A program made the position numbers and the translations under genes. From positions 19,751-83,750 of the IMG/VR virus record IMGVR_UViG_3300033463_000073: a stretch of DNA of 64,000 nucleotides. The stretch is one strand, 5' to 3'. This stretch comes from a virus. Lineage: Duplodnaviria > Caudoviricetes. Below the pieces are notes generated by a model, which was not told where the DNA came from, made no database searches, and saw only the letters and a program-made list of their open reading frames with translations. Positions 24,941-36,400 of the stretch are shown here, one piece after another; positions within the stretch are counted from its first letter, which is position 1, and the number at the start of each line of letters is the position of its first letter.

Positions 24941-25126
24941 ATGGCTTTTATCAAATTGACGGCGTGTAGTGGAAGGGAAGTCGTTTTAAACACCGACGAG
25001 ATAAGTTCCTGTCATGTTGAGGGAGGTTTCAGTTACACGGATTATATCGTGACGATGCGCAATGGCGACAAGCATTATTTGCATCGAGATTCCTATTACA
25101 AGGTTTTGGATTTGGTTTGTGATTAA
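24941..25126 (+). CDS. small hypothetical protein
   Basis: 61 aa. Confidence 0.5.
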   Translation: MAFIKLTACSGREVVLNTDEISSCHVEGGFSYTDYIVTMRNGDKHYLHRDSYYKVLDLVCD

Positions 25127-25146
25127 CAATTAAACATATTTAACAA

Positions 25147-25515
25147 ATGGAATTAAATTGCAAGGTTATTGAGGTGCTGCCTGTACAGAGTGGTACGAGC
25201 AGCAAGGGAGACTGGGAGAAGCACCAGTTCGTAGTGTCATGGATGGACGGCCAGTACGAGCAGAAGCTGTGCCTTGAGGTCATGGGCGCGGACAAGTTCG
25301 AGAAGATGAAGAACGCCGTCGTGGTCGGCCACGAGGTGTTGGTCAAGTTCAACGTGACGTCGAGGGAGTATCAGGGACGTTGGTTCACCACTGCGTCGTG
25401 CTACTACTGCTCGACCATCGGTGGGGTGCAGCAGCCACAGCAGAGCGCAGCGCCGAATGCGCAGGTACAATCTACGCAGCAGAAGAATGTCGCGTCTGAC
25501 CCATTACCGTTTTGA
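25147..25515 (+). CDS. DUF3127-type OB-fold (SSB-like) protein
   Basis: VLPVQSGTS-x-KGDW-x-K...SREYQGRWFT and acidic C-terminal DPLPF. Confidence 0.8.
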   Translation: MELNCKVIEVLPVQSGTSSKGDWEKHQFVVSWMDGQYEQKLCLEVMGADKFEKMKNAVVVGHEVLVKFNVTSREYQGRWFTTASCYYCSTIGGVQQPQQSAAPNAQVQSTQQKNVASDPLPF

Positions 25516-25551
25516 GCGCATGCTCACTGAGAAGTTTAACTGCGAGAGAGT

Positions 25552-25989
25552 ATGCGAGAGATAATGTTCAGGGGCTTGGACGCCACTGGTCAGAAGAAGT
25601 GGGTCTACGGCGACTTGGTACACAACAAGAAGGTGACTCGTACTGGCCTTGAAGACCGTGTCATGGTCGGAGGCTACGAGGTGTTCATGGACAGCGTAGG
25701 ACAGTTCACAGGTTTAAAGGACAAGAACGGGCGCGAGATATACGAGGGTGATATAATAAAAATCGTTGAGAACCTCGACGACGAACCATACAATTCCGAA
25801 GTAAAATTCTATAAAGGCGTTTTTGGCGTCGAGAATTGGACTGAGAACACGAGAAACAGAAGTCTTACCACTTTGAATTACTTCATGCCGACTGTAGGCT
25901 TATATGACGACGAACAAGAATACACGGTAGAAGTTTTAGGAAACATATACGAAAACAAGGATTTATTAAAAAAAAACAGAGAATCATGA
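25552..25989 (+). CDS. YopX-family protein
   Basis: MREIMFRG, WVYGDL, GQFTGLKDKNGREIYEGDI, EVLGNIYEN. Confidence 0.85.
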   Translation: MREIMFRGLDATGQKKWVYGDLVHNKKVTRTGLEDRVMVGGYEVFMDSVGQFTGLKDKNGREIYEGDIIKIVENLDDEPYNSEVKFYKGVFGVENWTENTRNRSLTTLNYFMPTVGLYDDEQEYTVEVLGNIYENKDLLKKNRES

Positions 25990-26270
25990 CAAAGAAGGAA
26001 TTTTTGGAGAATGAAGTGTTCGCTGCATTGTCAGACGACGCTGAGATTGTGTTTGCGACAGGCAACAATCTAAGGATGTGCGTACCGCTGAATCCGCTGA
26101 ACATCTCGCTTGTGAAAGAGTGCGTGAACGAGGACAGGCTGAAAGACCTGCCTTTAGACGTACGCGAGCACTTCAAGCCTGAGTACAAGTGCGCCTTGGT
26201 GCTGGATGCCATCCCCTATTGGTATCTGAAAGAGAAGTACAACGTCAGTTTCGATACGCATGAAGATTGA
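25986..26270 (+). CDS. hypothetical protein
   Basis: 94 aa, 4-nt overlap. Confidence 0.55.
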   Translation: MTKKEFLENEVFAALSDDAEIVFATGNNLRMCVPLNPLNISLVKECVNEDRLKDLPLDVREHFKPEYKCALVLDAIPYWYLKEKYNVSFDTHED

Positions 26271-26484
26271 CATCAGGGACGGAATACCCGACGCCATCGC
26301 TGTGGAATGCGTCTTGAACGTCGTAAAGGCTGGAAAGATTAGCGAAGGGGAGCACGGCAAGAAATACTACTGCTGGGCTACGGTACTTGGAACGCCCGTC
26401 GGCAAAGTTGTCGTATCGACACGCCAATACAGAAAGAGCGACTGCTTCGTTGTCTATAAATACAGAGAAGATGACGAAGGATGA
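26260..26484 (+). CDS. hypothetical protein
   Basis: 74 aa. Confidence 0.5.
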   Translation: MKIDIRDGIPDAIAVECVLNVVKAGKISEGEHGKKYYCWATVLGTPVGKVVVSTRQYRKSDCFVVYKYREDDEG

Positions 26485-26815
26485 TACGTTGCAGCGCATC
26501 TGCAGGCGCTATATGCTCAGACTGATGCCAGTTGCGAGGAAGTTCGGTCTCGGAGGCTTCACGTACGACATGATACGCAGGAACTACAGACGCGAGTGCG
26601 CTGCCACAGAGTCGGAGGTAGAGCTTCTTAGCAGAGCTTGCGACGACGAGCGGCTGCACAGACAAGACGTGCCTAAAGTGCTCAGAAAGTCGTACAGGCG
26701 CGCATACGAGGACGGCGACTTCGAGAGAATCAGGACTCTTAAACGAACTGGCATCTACAGCAAGATTAGCGCCCTTTTGTTGGGAGATGAGCTCCGCGCA
26801 ATAAGCGACGAATAA
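26471..26815 (+). CDS. basic hypothetical protein
   Basis: Likely start MTKDDTL. Confidence 0.55.
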   Translation: MTKDDTLQRICRRYMLRLMPVARKFGLGGFTYDMIRRNYRRECAATESEVELLSRACDDERLHRQDVPKVLRKSYRRAYEDGDFERIRTLKRTGIYSKISALLLGDELRAISDE

Positions 26816-26892
26816 TCATAAAAATGCATAAAATGTTTGGAACATGAGCGGATAATTAGTATCTTTGCACACAGAAATCGTTTTCCACGGGT

Positions 26893-27019
26893 ACGCTGTC
26901 AGTCACTTTAAGCGTCTTGATGCACAATAAATGTTATAACAACTTGCCGAAAACGGAGGATGGGAAAGTGGAGTGACTGCCGCGAGTAGCATCCTCTGTT
27001 CGGCTTCTAAAGCAGTCAC
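26893..27019 (+). promoter_or_regulatory. structured leader (kissing-loop type) upstream of replication initiator
   Basis: Promoter 26860-26867; loop CAGTCACT, loop AGTGACTGC and a second GCAGTCAC next to the TTG start. Confidence 0.5.
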
Positions 27020-27022
27020 AAA

Positions 27023-27718
27023 TTGGTTTCGATAGACAGCTCGATATTCAGACTTAAAGGAAACGACTTGGTCGTGTTCTTGTATTTGCTTACGCACGCG
27101 GATACAGAAGGCGTGTGCGATACGAGCTATGCCATTTTATCGCATGAGCTCGGTCTGTCTGTACAGAACCTAAGAACTATAACAAACAGATTACGAGCAA
27201 CAGGCGAAATCGTTTCAACGTCAACAAACAAAATTACACACGTAACTATCTGTAACTATGAGAGATACGAACAAAATACCAAGCAACGTCAACAAGCAAA
27301 ACCAATACCTATCAACAAACAAAACAGTAAAGAAAATTCGGAAATTATTATAGCTACAGTACCGAATGTTGCCGATAAACTCAAGAAAGACAAGAAAGAG
27401 TTCTATGATTCGCTGATTCCATACGTACAGACATACGGAAAGGCAACCGTAAGGGAGTTCTACGACTACTGGACTGAGACGAATAAGTCTATGACCAAGA
27501 TGAGATTCCAGATGGAGAAGACTTGGGACACCTCTAAGCGCATATCGAGATGGGCAAGAAACAACAAACAGATAAACAACAATAATTATGGAAGAACTGA
27601 AACAAATTCTCAGAAGTTCGACGAGTCTGTCGCAGCGTCAAACGAGTTTAGCCAGCAGCTCCATGCGAGATTCGGAGACTCAGAGATGGGTGTCGGAGAT
27701 AACAGCGAAGTACGGTAA
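27023..27718 (+). CDS. phage replication initiator / replisome organizer
   Basis: N-terminal wHTH with TICNY, Q/N-rich linker containing CAACGTCAACAA repeats (27216, 27284), C-terminal FYDYWTE...FQMEKTWD. Confidence 0.7.
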   Translation: MVSIDSSIFRLKGNDLVVFLYLLTHADTEGVCDTSYAILSHELGLSVQNLRTITNRLRATGEIVSTSTNKITHVTICNYERYEQNTKQRQQAKPIPINKQNSKENSEIIIATVPNVADKLKKDKKEFYDSLIPYVQTYGKATVREFYDYWTETNKSMTKMRFQMEKTWDTSKRISRWARNNKQINNNNYGRTETNSQKFDESVAASNEFSQQLHARFGDSEMGVGDNSEVR

Positions 27719-28244
27719 TCTCCAAAGCTTTTGCAATGTGTTCTCGTACGCGCGGATGAACGACATCGTTGCAAATCCGATTGAATGCTTCAGACAAGAG
27801 ACTCCTACTCTTGTGCGAATGGACGTGACATACGGACAAGAAGCGTCTGCTACATGGCTGTACGACGTGCTGCAGGGAATGTTTCTCTTTCTCGGTGTCA
27901 GCAACGACAAGTTCAAGAGAGAACAAGTGTACGACCTTGCGAGGACAATAGCGTCGCAGTACAAGACGCTTAAAGTGGCAGAGATTCTTCTGTTTGTGTC
28001 GAGGTTCAAGGCTGGCAAGTACGGACGGTTCTATGGCGGGGACTCCTATGCCCTTGTCGTCACGGAAGCCATCAACAAGTTTATGGTCGAGCGCGAGCAC
28101 TACTACGCAGACATCGAGCGGATGGAGACAGAGAGACGAATTGAGGAAGGCAAGAGGAACACCATGTCGTATGCAGAGTACAAGAAGCAGAAGGAATCTG
28201 AGGGAATGGGCGTGTCTGGCGCGCTCGACGACATTTTTGGTTAA
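27588..28244 (+). CDS. putative helicase-loader-like replication protein
   Basis: Overlaps initiator; LFVSRFKAGKYGRFYG motif typical of the gene following initiators in Bacteroidota phages. Confidence 0.5.
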   Translation: MEELKQILRSSTSLSQRQTSLASSSMRDSETQRWVSEITAKYGNLQSFCNVFSYARMNDIVANPIECFRQETPTLVRMDVTYGQEASATWLYDVLQGMFLFLGVSNDKFKREQVYDLARTIASQYKTLKVAEILLFVSRFKAGKYGRFYGGDSYALVVTEAINKFMVEREHYYADIERMETERRIEEGKRNTMSYAEYKKQKESEGMGVSGALDDIFG

Positions 28245-28373
28245 AAATCATTTAAAAACTTGGAATATTCCAAATTATGGGCTATATTTGCAGCAGAAAA
28301 ATAAAACAAGCCGAAAAGAGGCTGTCTGAGCGTCGAAAATTTACGAGGTTGACAACTATACCACAGGAGTGCT

Positions 28374-28826
28374 TTGATGCCGTCAGAAGACTTGAAAAGC
28401 GGCAAAAACGAAATATTTATGGCTGACATACAGATATTGGGGCACATAGCGAACATAAAGTACCAGAAAGAGTGTATTTTGATATTCGTCGACGAGAGGC
28501 GCAGGGGTTTCAAGAGGAACAACGGCTCTGTTGTCGGAGACACCATACTCACATGGAAGTGCATATTCAGCGGAAGCGACAGCAAGCGCTCGTACATAGA
28601 CAGGTACTTCAATACAGGGATGCTCGTCAAAGTCAAAGGAGAAATCCTGCCTTACGCAATAGAGCAAGACAATACAGTAGACGGGTACAGCGTACTCATA
28701 CAGAGCATCAACGTCGCACCGTATCCGTCAGACAGCCTCAGACGCGAAATAAAGATGCAGAAGGACTCGCAGCTGAACTCCAGCGGAGAGCCAGACTTGG
28801 AAGCGTACAACCAACCAGATTTCTAA
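28374..28826 (+). CDS. SSB-like OB-fold protein
   Basis: GMLVKVKGEI pattern, acidic C-terminal PDF; promoter 28283-28290. Confidence 0.5.
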   Translation: MMPSEDLKSGKNEIFMADIQILGHIANIKYQKECILIFVDERRRGFKRNNGSVVGDTILTWKCIFSGSDSKRSYIDRYFNTGMLVKVKGEILPYAIEQDNTVDGYSVLIQSINVAPYPSDSLRREIKMQKDSQLNSSGEPDLEAYNQPDF

Positions 28827-28853
28827 TTATATAACATCTAAAATTGCAATTTT

Positions 28854-29240
28854 ATGAGTAAGAAAAAAGAAAACCGTTTCGAGAGCATCGAAGAAGAAGT
28901 GGCGTTCCTTCGCAAACAGAACGCTGGCATGAGAGGACAAATCTCTCTACTGCAGAAGCAGGTGAAGAAGTACAAGGAACTCGACTTGGAAGGTGACGGA
29001 CTCTACGAGAAGCGCATCTCTGAGAACGACAGCCTCAAGCTTGCTTTGGAGGCTAAAGACAAAATCGTCAAAGAGAAAGAGAATGTCATCGACGGGCTGA
29101 ACTCTCAGGTCAGCAAGCTTTCCCAACAGCTTATGGCTCTCAAAGACGCCGTAAACAAGAAGAATGCCGACATCCAAGACCTTGATGCGCTGCTCGAGTA
29201 CGAGAAGCTGCCTTGGTGGAAGAAAGCGTTCATGCGCTGA
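28854..29240 (+). CDS. coiled-coil protein
   Basis: 128 aa heptad-rich, ends LPWWKKAF. Confidence 0.6.
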   Translation: MSKKKENRFESIEEEVAFLRKQNAGMRGQISLLQKQVKKYKELDLEGDGLYEKRISENDSLKLALEAKDKIVKEKENVIDGLNSQVSKLSQQLMALKDAVNKKNADIQDLDALLEYEKLPWWKKAFMR

Positions 29241-29268
29241 GCAGCGAATTTTCGACAACTACAGAAAC

Positions 29269-29292
29269 CAGCCTATCCTCACGGACGGGCTG
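29269..29292. terminator. hairpin between convergent transcription units
   Basis: CAGCCTATCC-TCAC-GGACGGGCTG. Confidence 0.6.
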
Positions 29293-29330
29293 ATTTCCTT
29301 ACTATATCAAAATGAAAAAGAAAGCATTTC

Positions 29331-29852
29331 CTATGTGTTGTTCGTCGGCACTGACAGCGTATGGAACGGTATCGTGGCCAAGATGTAAGAGTCCTTGCCT
29401 CTGTGAAGCTTCACGGCAGTCGGCTTGAACGACTTCAGATTGACGACGTGCGCAGTCTTGCCTGTATAGGCCGACTTGATGTATATGTCACCGTTGCATA
29501 TTGTTGAAAGAAGGTCGTCATAGGTAGACTGCACGTCTATGTCTGCGACAGCGTACCTTCCAGACACGATGACGGTCATCTCCAAGTCGACGTTCTTTCG
29601 AACGACAACGTCACGCGTAACAGTCACAGCGTTCTGACCGCTGCCTACAGTCGTGGTCTCTTGCTTTGCACACATGTAGTCTTCTGTATCAGAGTCAACC
29701 CACTGCGCAGTATATACGTTTACAGCATCGCCACGTTCGTCGAAACCGCTGATTGCAAGTACGCGGACGCCGGCAATTGTAGTAAAGTCCGACCACGAGC
29801 CGCTTGTCCCTTTCCTGTAAAAATACTTGTTCGTCAAATTACCTATTGCCAT
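29331..29852 (-). CDS. putative distal tail protein
   Basis: Position downstream of tape measure; beta-rich 173 aa. Confidence 0.45.
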   Translation of the reverse strand: MAIGNLTNKYFYRKGTSGSWSDFTTIAGVRVLAISGFDERGDAVNVYTAQWVDSDTEDYMCAKQETTTVGSGQNAVTVTRDVVVRKNVDLEMTVIVSGRYAVADIDVQSTYDDLLSTICNGDIYIKSAYTGKTAHVVNLKSFKPTAVKLHRGKDSYILATIPFHTLSVPTNNT

Positions 29853-29856
29853 AATC

Positions 29857-30450
29857 TTATAATCTTAAAGTCTTTAAAAATATCTTCACGTTCGCAAGAC
29901 AGAACTTGCCAGTGTCCACATCCGCCCTGTTGCTGTATTTGTACACAACCACGTCGCACGTCTCGTCTGCATCGTCTATGACAACCTTGCTCTCGTCGAA
30001 GAGGTACACCCTTATCGAGTTGAACCCTTCGCAAGAGATTCTGACGTCGCTGCCGTTGCTTACATAGACCGTCGGACACTTGCATTTGGGTATCGACATG
30101 TCTGTTTCCATGCACCACATCAGAGACATGACGTCTTTGTCGGCCACAATGTCGTTCTCGTAGTCCCAGTCCACATAGAGGCCATATTCGTACCCACTAA
30201 CTTTGTCAGCGTCATGTATCGTGTAGCCGTTGATGTAGTCAGCGAAGTTCTCTTTCACATACTCCTTTGTGATGCCCTTGCCTTGGTACGCAAACGTTAC
30301 CACATGAGGGATTGACTGCTGGCACATGGCCAGTCTCAGAAGCTCCTCCTTGTCGTGAGACGCCTTCTGCCACCGACCCCTGTAGTCCTGACAAAGGTCG
30401 GCAAGCAGTGCGTTCTTGTAGTATTGCTGTAACCTGTCCATATCCGTCAA
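29857..30450 (-). CDS. hypothetical protein downstream of tape measure
   Basis: 197 aa. Confidence 0.6.
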   Translation of the reverse strand: MTDMDRLQQYYKNALLADLCQDYRGRWQKASHDKEELLRLAMCQQSIPHVVTFAYQGKGITKEYVKENFADYINGYTIHDADKVSGYEYGLYVDWDYENDIVADKDVMSLMWCMETDMSIPKCKCPTVYVSNGSDVRISCEGFNSIRVYLFDESKVVIDDADETCDVVVYKYSNRADVDTGKFCLANVKIFLKTLRL

Positions 30451-33400
30451 TTCATTTCAACCCTTACTGCGAGGCCGTTTGGCGAGCTCCATCCCTCGAG
30501 GATGCCGCGTATCGCCTCCTGCGTCTGATAGCTCGCCTGCAGCTGCATAAGCATCTGGGACAGCGTCGCGACCTTCGCGTCGTCCGTCAGGGCGGACTGC
30601 ATCGTGAGTATTTCCACAATCTGGCGCATGTAGTCGCTCTGCAGGTACACCTGCTGGCTTACGCCGTTCATGTATGCTTCAATGGCTCCAGCGGTCGTTT
30701 CGGTTATTCCGCTGATACCCTGTTGCAAGGCTGAAAGTTGCGCAGACTCTTTCTTGTCGCCTAATGAGATGCCAAATGCCTCCATCCAAGTTTCAAACTC
30801 GCTCTTTACGTTATCTTTCCATCCGTCAACACGCTCTCTTATGCTGTTCACGTCATCTGGTGTCACGGATAGTGCCTGTGAATATGCATCTTGTGCCTCT
30901 TGTAGTTGTTTTTGGAGTTCTGCGTTATCACGGTTTATTGACTCGACTTCACGCAGCCATTGTATGTAGCCTTCTGGAGCAAATAATCTACCAAAATCCT
31001 CCCAATACCTCCTGCTTGCTTCAAGTTCTGCGAGTCTGTCTTCGTTTTCCTTCATCTGTGTGGAGATGGATTCAATATTTGCCTGCCAACCCGACGCACG
31101 CCCCTTTGTCATCTCGTCAACTTCTGCAAACATCTGCTCCATCCTCTGACCGATGACCTTTGAAACGATTGACTTCATTATCATATTGTCAATCATATCG
31201 GAGAACGTGTCGCCGAAACTCTTCATATAGTCCTCTCCGTTTCTGAAAGCGTCTATCATAGCGGAAACAACCTCTTCGGCGGCACTTCCGACACTTGAAA
31301 TGCCAAGAAGGTCATTGACAATATCATTCGTCGCCTTGCTGATTTCCTGCTCAAGGTCGATGACCTGTCCTTTCAGGCTTTCAATCTCGTCTTCGTCACG
31401 GTGTTTGCCAGTTCGTGATTTTGAAAGTTCAAGCTGCCTCTTGAGTTCTGCAAGTTGTAGTTTCTTGTTTGCGATAGCCGCCTCCTCAGCACCGTATTTG
31501 GCAGTACCATACGCCTCGTCAATAGCGTATTGTAGACTCTTGTATGCGTTCTCAAGACGCTTGACCGCCGTTTCTGACTCCTTAATCGAGGCTGTAATTT
31601 TTTTGTTGCCATTGTCAACGAATGCCGTTATAGCACCCATGACACCTCCAGCGACACCTCCGATGAGAGCACCCCATCCACCGCCGACCTGAGCACCTAT
31701 GGCAGCACCCTGACCGCCCTTGTCTATGATGGAGAAAGTGTCGTTCATGACTTCCTGAGCCTCAGACCAGTTGTCACCGCTCATCGCATTAACCATGTCG
31801 TTAATCATGCCTACGGCTTGACCTGCTACTTGGGCGATGCCCTGTATGTTCGCGACAATCTCCGTGGCGTCGATGTCTCCTGCGTTTTCCCTTGCTTGTT
31901 TCAACTTCCTTAACCTGTCGGTTAAAGTCATTATCTTCTTGCCAGTTTCTTCAATGTTGGACGAATCCTGCGAGCTTGAAAGCCTGTCTATTTCACCTTC
32001 AACTTCCTTTATAGATTCATCGAATGCCTCCATACGTTCCTTTGCATTGGCAGCAGATATGGCAAAAGCTGCAAAAGGATTGTTTTTCTTACGTTCCTTG
32101 TCGAGGTCGCGGAGAGCCTTGTTGATGTCCTTAATCTGCTTCGGGGACAGGTACTTGGCTTTGTTCTTGTATTCCTCTATCGAGGATATGAGACCTTTGA
32201 GCGCAGAGTCCGTGAGGCCTGCGAGGTTCCCTGTGGCGACGACCCACTCTGGCGACTTCTGGAACTCCTCGAACGAAGCCTTGGCGCCTTCATCGAGCTC
32301 CTTCTTGTCTATGGCGACTCCGATTTGAAGGACTACCTTGTTTTTGTCTGCAATCTGTGAGACGATGGACTTCAGTTGCTTTTCAAGCTTCTCGATGTCG
32401 GACGGATTGTCAGACATCTCAATCTTTGACGCGATTTTGCGAGACTGCTCCTTCTGCTCTTCAGTACCGAACTTTACGACAAGTGCCTTGCGCTCATTGT
32501 TTGCATCTTTTGCAATCTGTGTGAGCTTGTATTGGTACTCTGCGTACTTCTGAAGCAGTTTGTCGTACTCCTTTATGGCGTCTGTGGCTTCTTTTTTGCG
32601 GGCTTCCTGAGTTGCCTCGTAGCCCTTCTGTATAAGGTCAAAGTAGGCTTGCTGCAGCTCTCCAGTACCAATCTGCTCTGTGAAGGCTTCCATATCGTCA
32701 CGGGTCAGATTCAGCATGTTGGGAAGCTCGATGTTATCACCCATCTGCTTGAAGTACTTGTTCAAGGACTTCGTATATCTGTCCGCATACTCCTTTGCTG
32801 TACGTGGAAGCGTATCCAAGTCGATGTCGAACATGTCTGCGAACATGTTGCCGAGCTCTGGGTTGGCGTCCAACTCGACCGCAAGCTCGTACTCGTCCTT
32901 CAGACGCCCAAGCTCATTGTCGAGACCCTTCTTTATCTTCGTCGCGTCGTATGCCTCAGCGTCGACCTTAATCTCACTGTACTTGATTTCAAGGTCTTTT
33001 ATTTCCTCTGGCTTGATATTCTTGACTTTCTTGGCTGAATCAATCTGCTTTTTGAGCATGACCATCATCTCATGAGGATTGTCAGTGCCTGCAAACGACT
33101 TGATGTCGAACTTTGGCAGACCATTCTTACCGAGTACTGCGTTGATATGCTTGATGGAGTCGCCGAACTGCTCTGTGACAGTCTTCATGGCAACTGCGCG
33201 GCTTACGCCTGCGTCAGTGAGTTTCTTGTACTGGGTTCGTACTTTGTCGATGAGCTGCAGTTCTTCCTTCAACGCTTTCTGAAGCTCTGACTCGGCCTGC
33301 TTCTGTGCTTTGGTATTTGCAGCGTTTTCTTTCTTCGACTCTCCACCATCAGAAACAGCTTTGTTGTAGTCTTTTTCAGCTGCAGCTCGTTCTTTTAGTG

Positions 33401-36400
33401 CCTTTGTAAGTCTTTGGTCGTCTTCCGAAGCAGTTATGTTGTTTTCGTCAACTTCCTTTGCTCCCTTTTTCCTTAATCTCGCAATCTCCTTGTCAAGACG
33501 CTGCATATCTTTCCATGCTTTGTCAGCAGCTGCATCAGCCTCTTCAAGCGTCTTCATGACAGTTTTGTTTTTGTCTGTGCTTATAGTAAGAGGTATAAAG
33601 ATGCTCCACTGATTTGCGCTTGCAACCCAATTTCTCAGGTAGTTAAATGCTTCATCGTACGACATCTTGTGGCTCTTCGCATAATTAGTAACCATGCGTT
33701 TCACCCAATCCGCATATTTCCCTTCTTGGAAGTTCAATGACTCTATTTGTTTTGCGTTCATACCCCTGAACATTGCTGTCATTTCAGACAGGTGCTGTTC
33801 CTTGAGATATTTGGTAAAGCGCTCCCATTCAACTTTTTGGCGACCGTTATAAAGATTCCAGTTGTTATATATCTCTGCCTCCTTCTCGTATTCTTTAGCT
33901 ATCTCTTCTTTATGAAGGCTGTCTTTTTCAGCCATATATGCATTTCTAAGGTCTTGAAGCCTTATATATTGGGCTTCTTTTGCGGCCTTTGAACGTGCTT
34001 CTTCCATCTCAATCTGAAGCGTATACGCTTTTTCAGGGTCAAGTTGGTTCTGTTGTATGAGATTGTCGGTAATCTGTTTGAACGTTTCATTAACCTTGTT
34101 TACGTTTCCACTCCACCCTTGCGCGTTTATGAAGTTTAGAACAGACTCCTTTGTTGACTCAAGGTCTTCCCTGAACTTTCTAAGTTCATTTTCGTAATTG
34201 TCAAGCCATCGCTCAGCGTCGTCTTGGTATTTCTTGTCTATACCCAATGGAGCTCTGTCTTCTCCAGAAGCAGCTTTCCTTGCTTTTTCAATTGAACCAT
34301 ATTTCTCTTCAATCTTCCCAAGCCACATGTGGGCGTCTTTGAGATTCCCTATCGTACCGTCAGGAAGAGTCCATAAGTTCCACCAACCAGACCAGTCTCT
34401 CTCTAATTTTATTGCACCATCTCCAAGCTCCTTTATTGCTGCTGACACAGATTGTATGTCGTCAATGACAGCAAAACTTTGCCTCAGCCTTTCACTGATA
34501 TTTTTTATCTGCAAAAGACTTCCGACATATTTGTCGCTTGCGTGAGAAGAAAGCTCTATCTGTTCTTTTACAGACTCCCAAGCCTTCTCTGCGTCGTCAA
34601 CGTTAATGTTTTGAGGCGTTACAATGGTCTTTCCGTTGTTGTCTGTTATCGTCTGATAAAGGCTTTCTCGAAGCTCTTTATACTGCTCCTTGAATCTCTC
34701 CAAGTCATTATAGGTGTTTTTGGCGTTTTCTCGCAAAGTCTTGTTGAACTCTTTCATCGCCTCGTTCCCTCGAACAACTTCGACAATAGCAGCCCCAGCG
34801 GCAACAGCAAGAAGCCCCCACCATGTGGCGCCAGACGTCAAGACTGTGCTCATGGTTGTTCCAAGGTTGCGTAACACGTTTGAAAGCTTTGTCCCAAGAA
34901 CGGTTTCAATCGCAATCGCTTTATTTGTCCCGAGAACCATTCCGTAGTACGCAAGTTGAGCTGCCTTCAAGACGCCGAAGACGATTACAAGGTCTTCGAC
35001 AGCTCTGTTAATGTCTTTCCATCTAAGGAAAAAGTCTTTAAGAAGGTTTATACCTGTTGTAAGAACACCCTGCTCAGACTTTCCAATGTCGTTAAGCATA
35101 TTGTTCCATGCAAGCGTCAGGTTGGCAAGACGTACTTTAAGAGTGTCAGCCATCTTTGCTTGGAAGTCAAAGAACTTACCGCCTTCGTCGGTCATCTTTG
35201 TTACAACAGACATAACATCGTTGAAGTCGATGGCTTTCTTCTTCATTCTGTCATATACATCACCGACGCTTACCATCTTTCCTTCAAGTTCAGTGTAGTA
35301 CTTTGACAGCTCTCGGACGAGAGGAATACCAGCGTTTGCAAACATACGTGCATCTCGGCTGTTTAGATAGCCGTAAGCCTTAATCTGACCGAGTGCGTAT
35401 GTCAGACGTTCCATCGGGACACCAACAGCAGAAGCCATGTCTGCAAGACGGCGTGTCGTGTCTACCACTTCGTTTGCCGCAATGTCGTATGCAGTCAGTT
35501 GCTTTGCTGCGTTTGACAGTTCTATCAAGGTGTATGGAGAAACGAGAGCCATCTGAGACAACTCGTTGAATATCTGAGTTCCCCTCTCCGCAGAGTTGAT
35601 GAGAATACCAAGCGCACGCTCGTTCATCTCGTACTGAGAACGTACTTCAATCAAATTCTTGATAAACTGCGTTGAAGCTCCTACTGTAAAGTAGAACGCA
35701 AGACGATTCTTCATGTAGTTCCACGAGCGCCCAAGAGCGTTGTTTGAACCGACCATCTGCTGGTTCTTGTTCATGACTTCGTCCATCTTCTTCTTTAAGC
35801 GGTCATACTCGTCGTTGACTTGCTTGATTTCGTTCTTTTGCGAATCAACATCAAGACCGCTTCTGTATGAAGCAAGTCTCTGCATCTTGTATGCAATATC
35901 GTCAAGAGTCTTTTCGGAAAGTCCTCCTTTGCCGTTTATCCCTATAATTGAGTCTAATGATATTGGTCTGGATGCGAGAGAGCGTATTTTTTGCATAGCG
36001 CGCTCAACTTCGTGTATGGATGCTATCAATGATTTGCCTTGGTCACTGTTTCTCTCTGCATTGCTGAGTCTGTAGTATGCCTGAGTTAGCTGCTTTAGCG
36101 TTTTGTCAAGGTTGTTGTATGATGCCGTCTCTGCATCCGCAAGCTTTACTTGGGACTGCTGCAGACCTAATACATGTGCTATTGACTGCCTTAAATCGTC
36201 GTATGAAGCAAACGTCTTCGGTTGTGAACGCTTGCTTTCTATATCTACAACTTTTCTTTCTGTTTCAAGCCTTTCTCTTACACTTTCGTTCTGTTGCTTT
36301 TCCTGCTCAAGAATTTGCGACTTGCTTCTGTTCTCTGTCTCGTAGATTGCAACCAACTGCTCTTCTACGGAGCGTCTGTCGTTTGCGGACACCCATGTCA

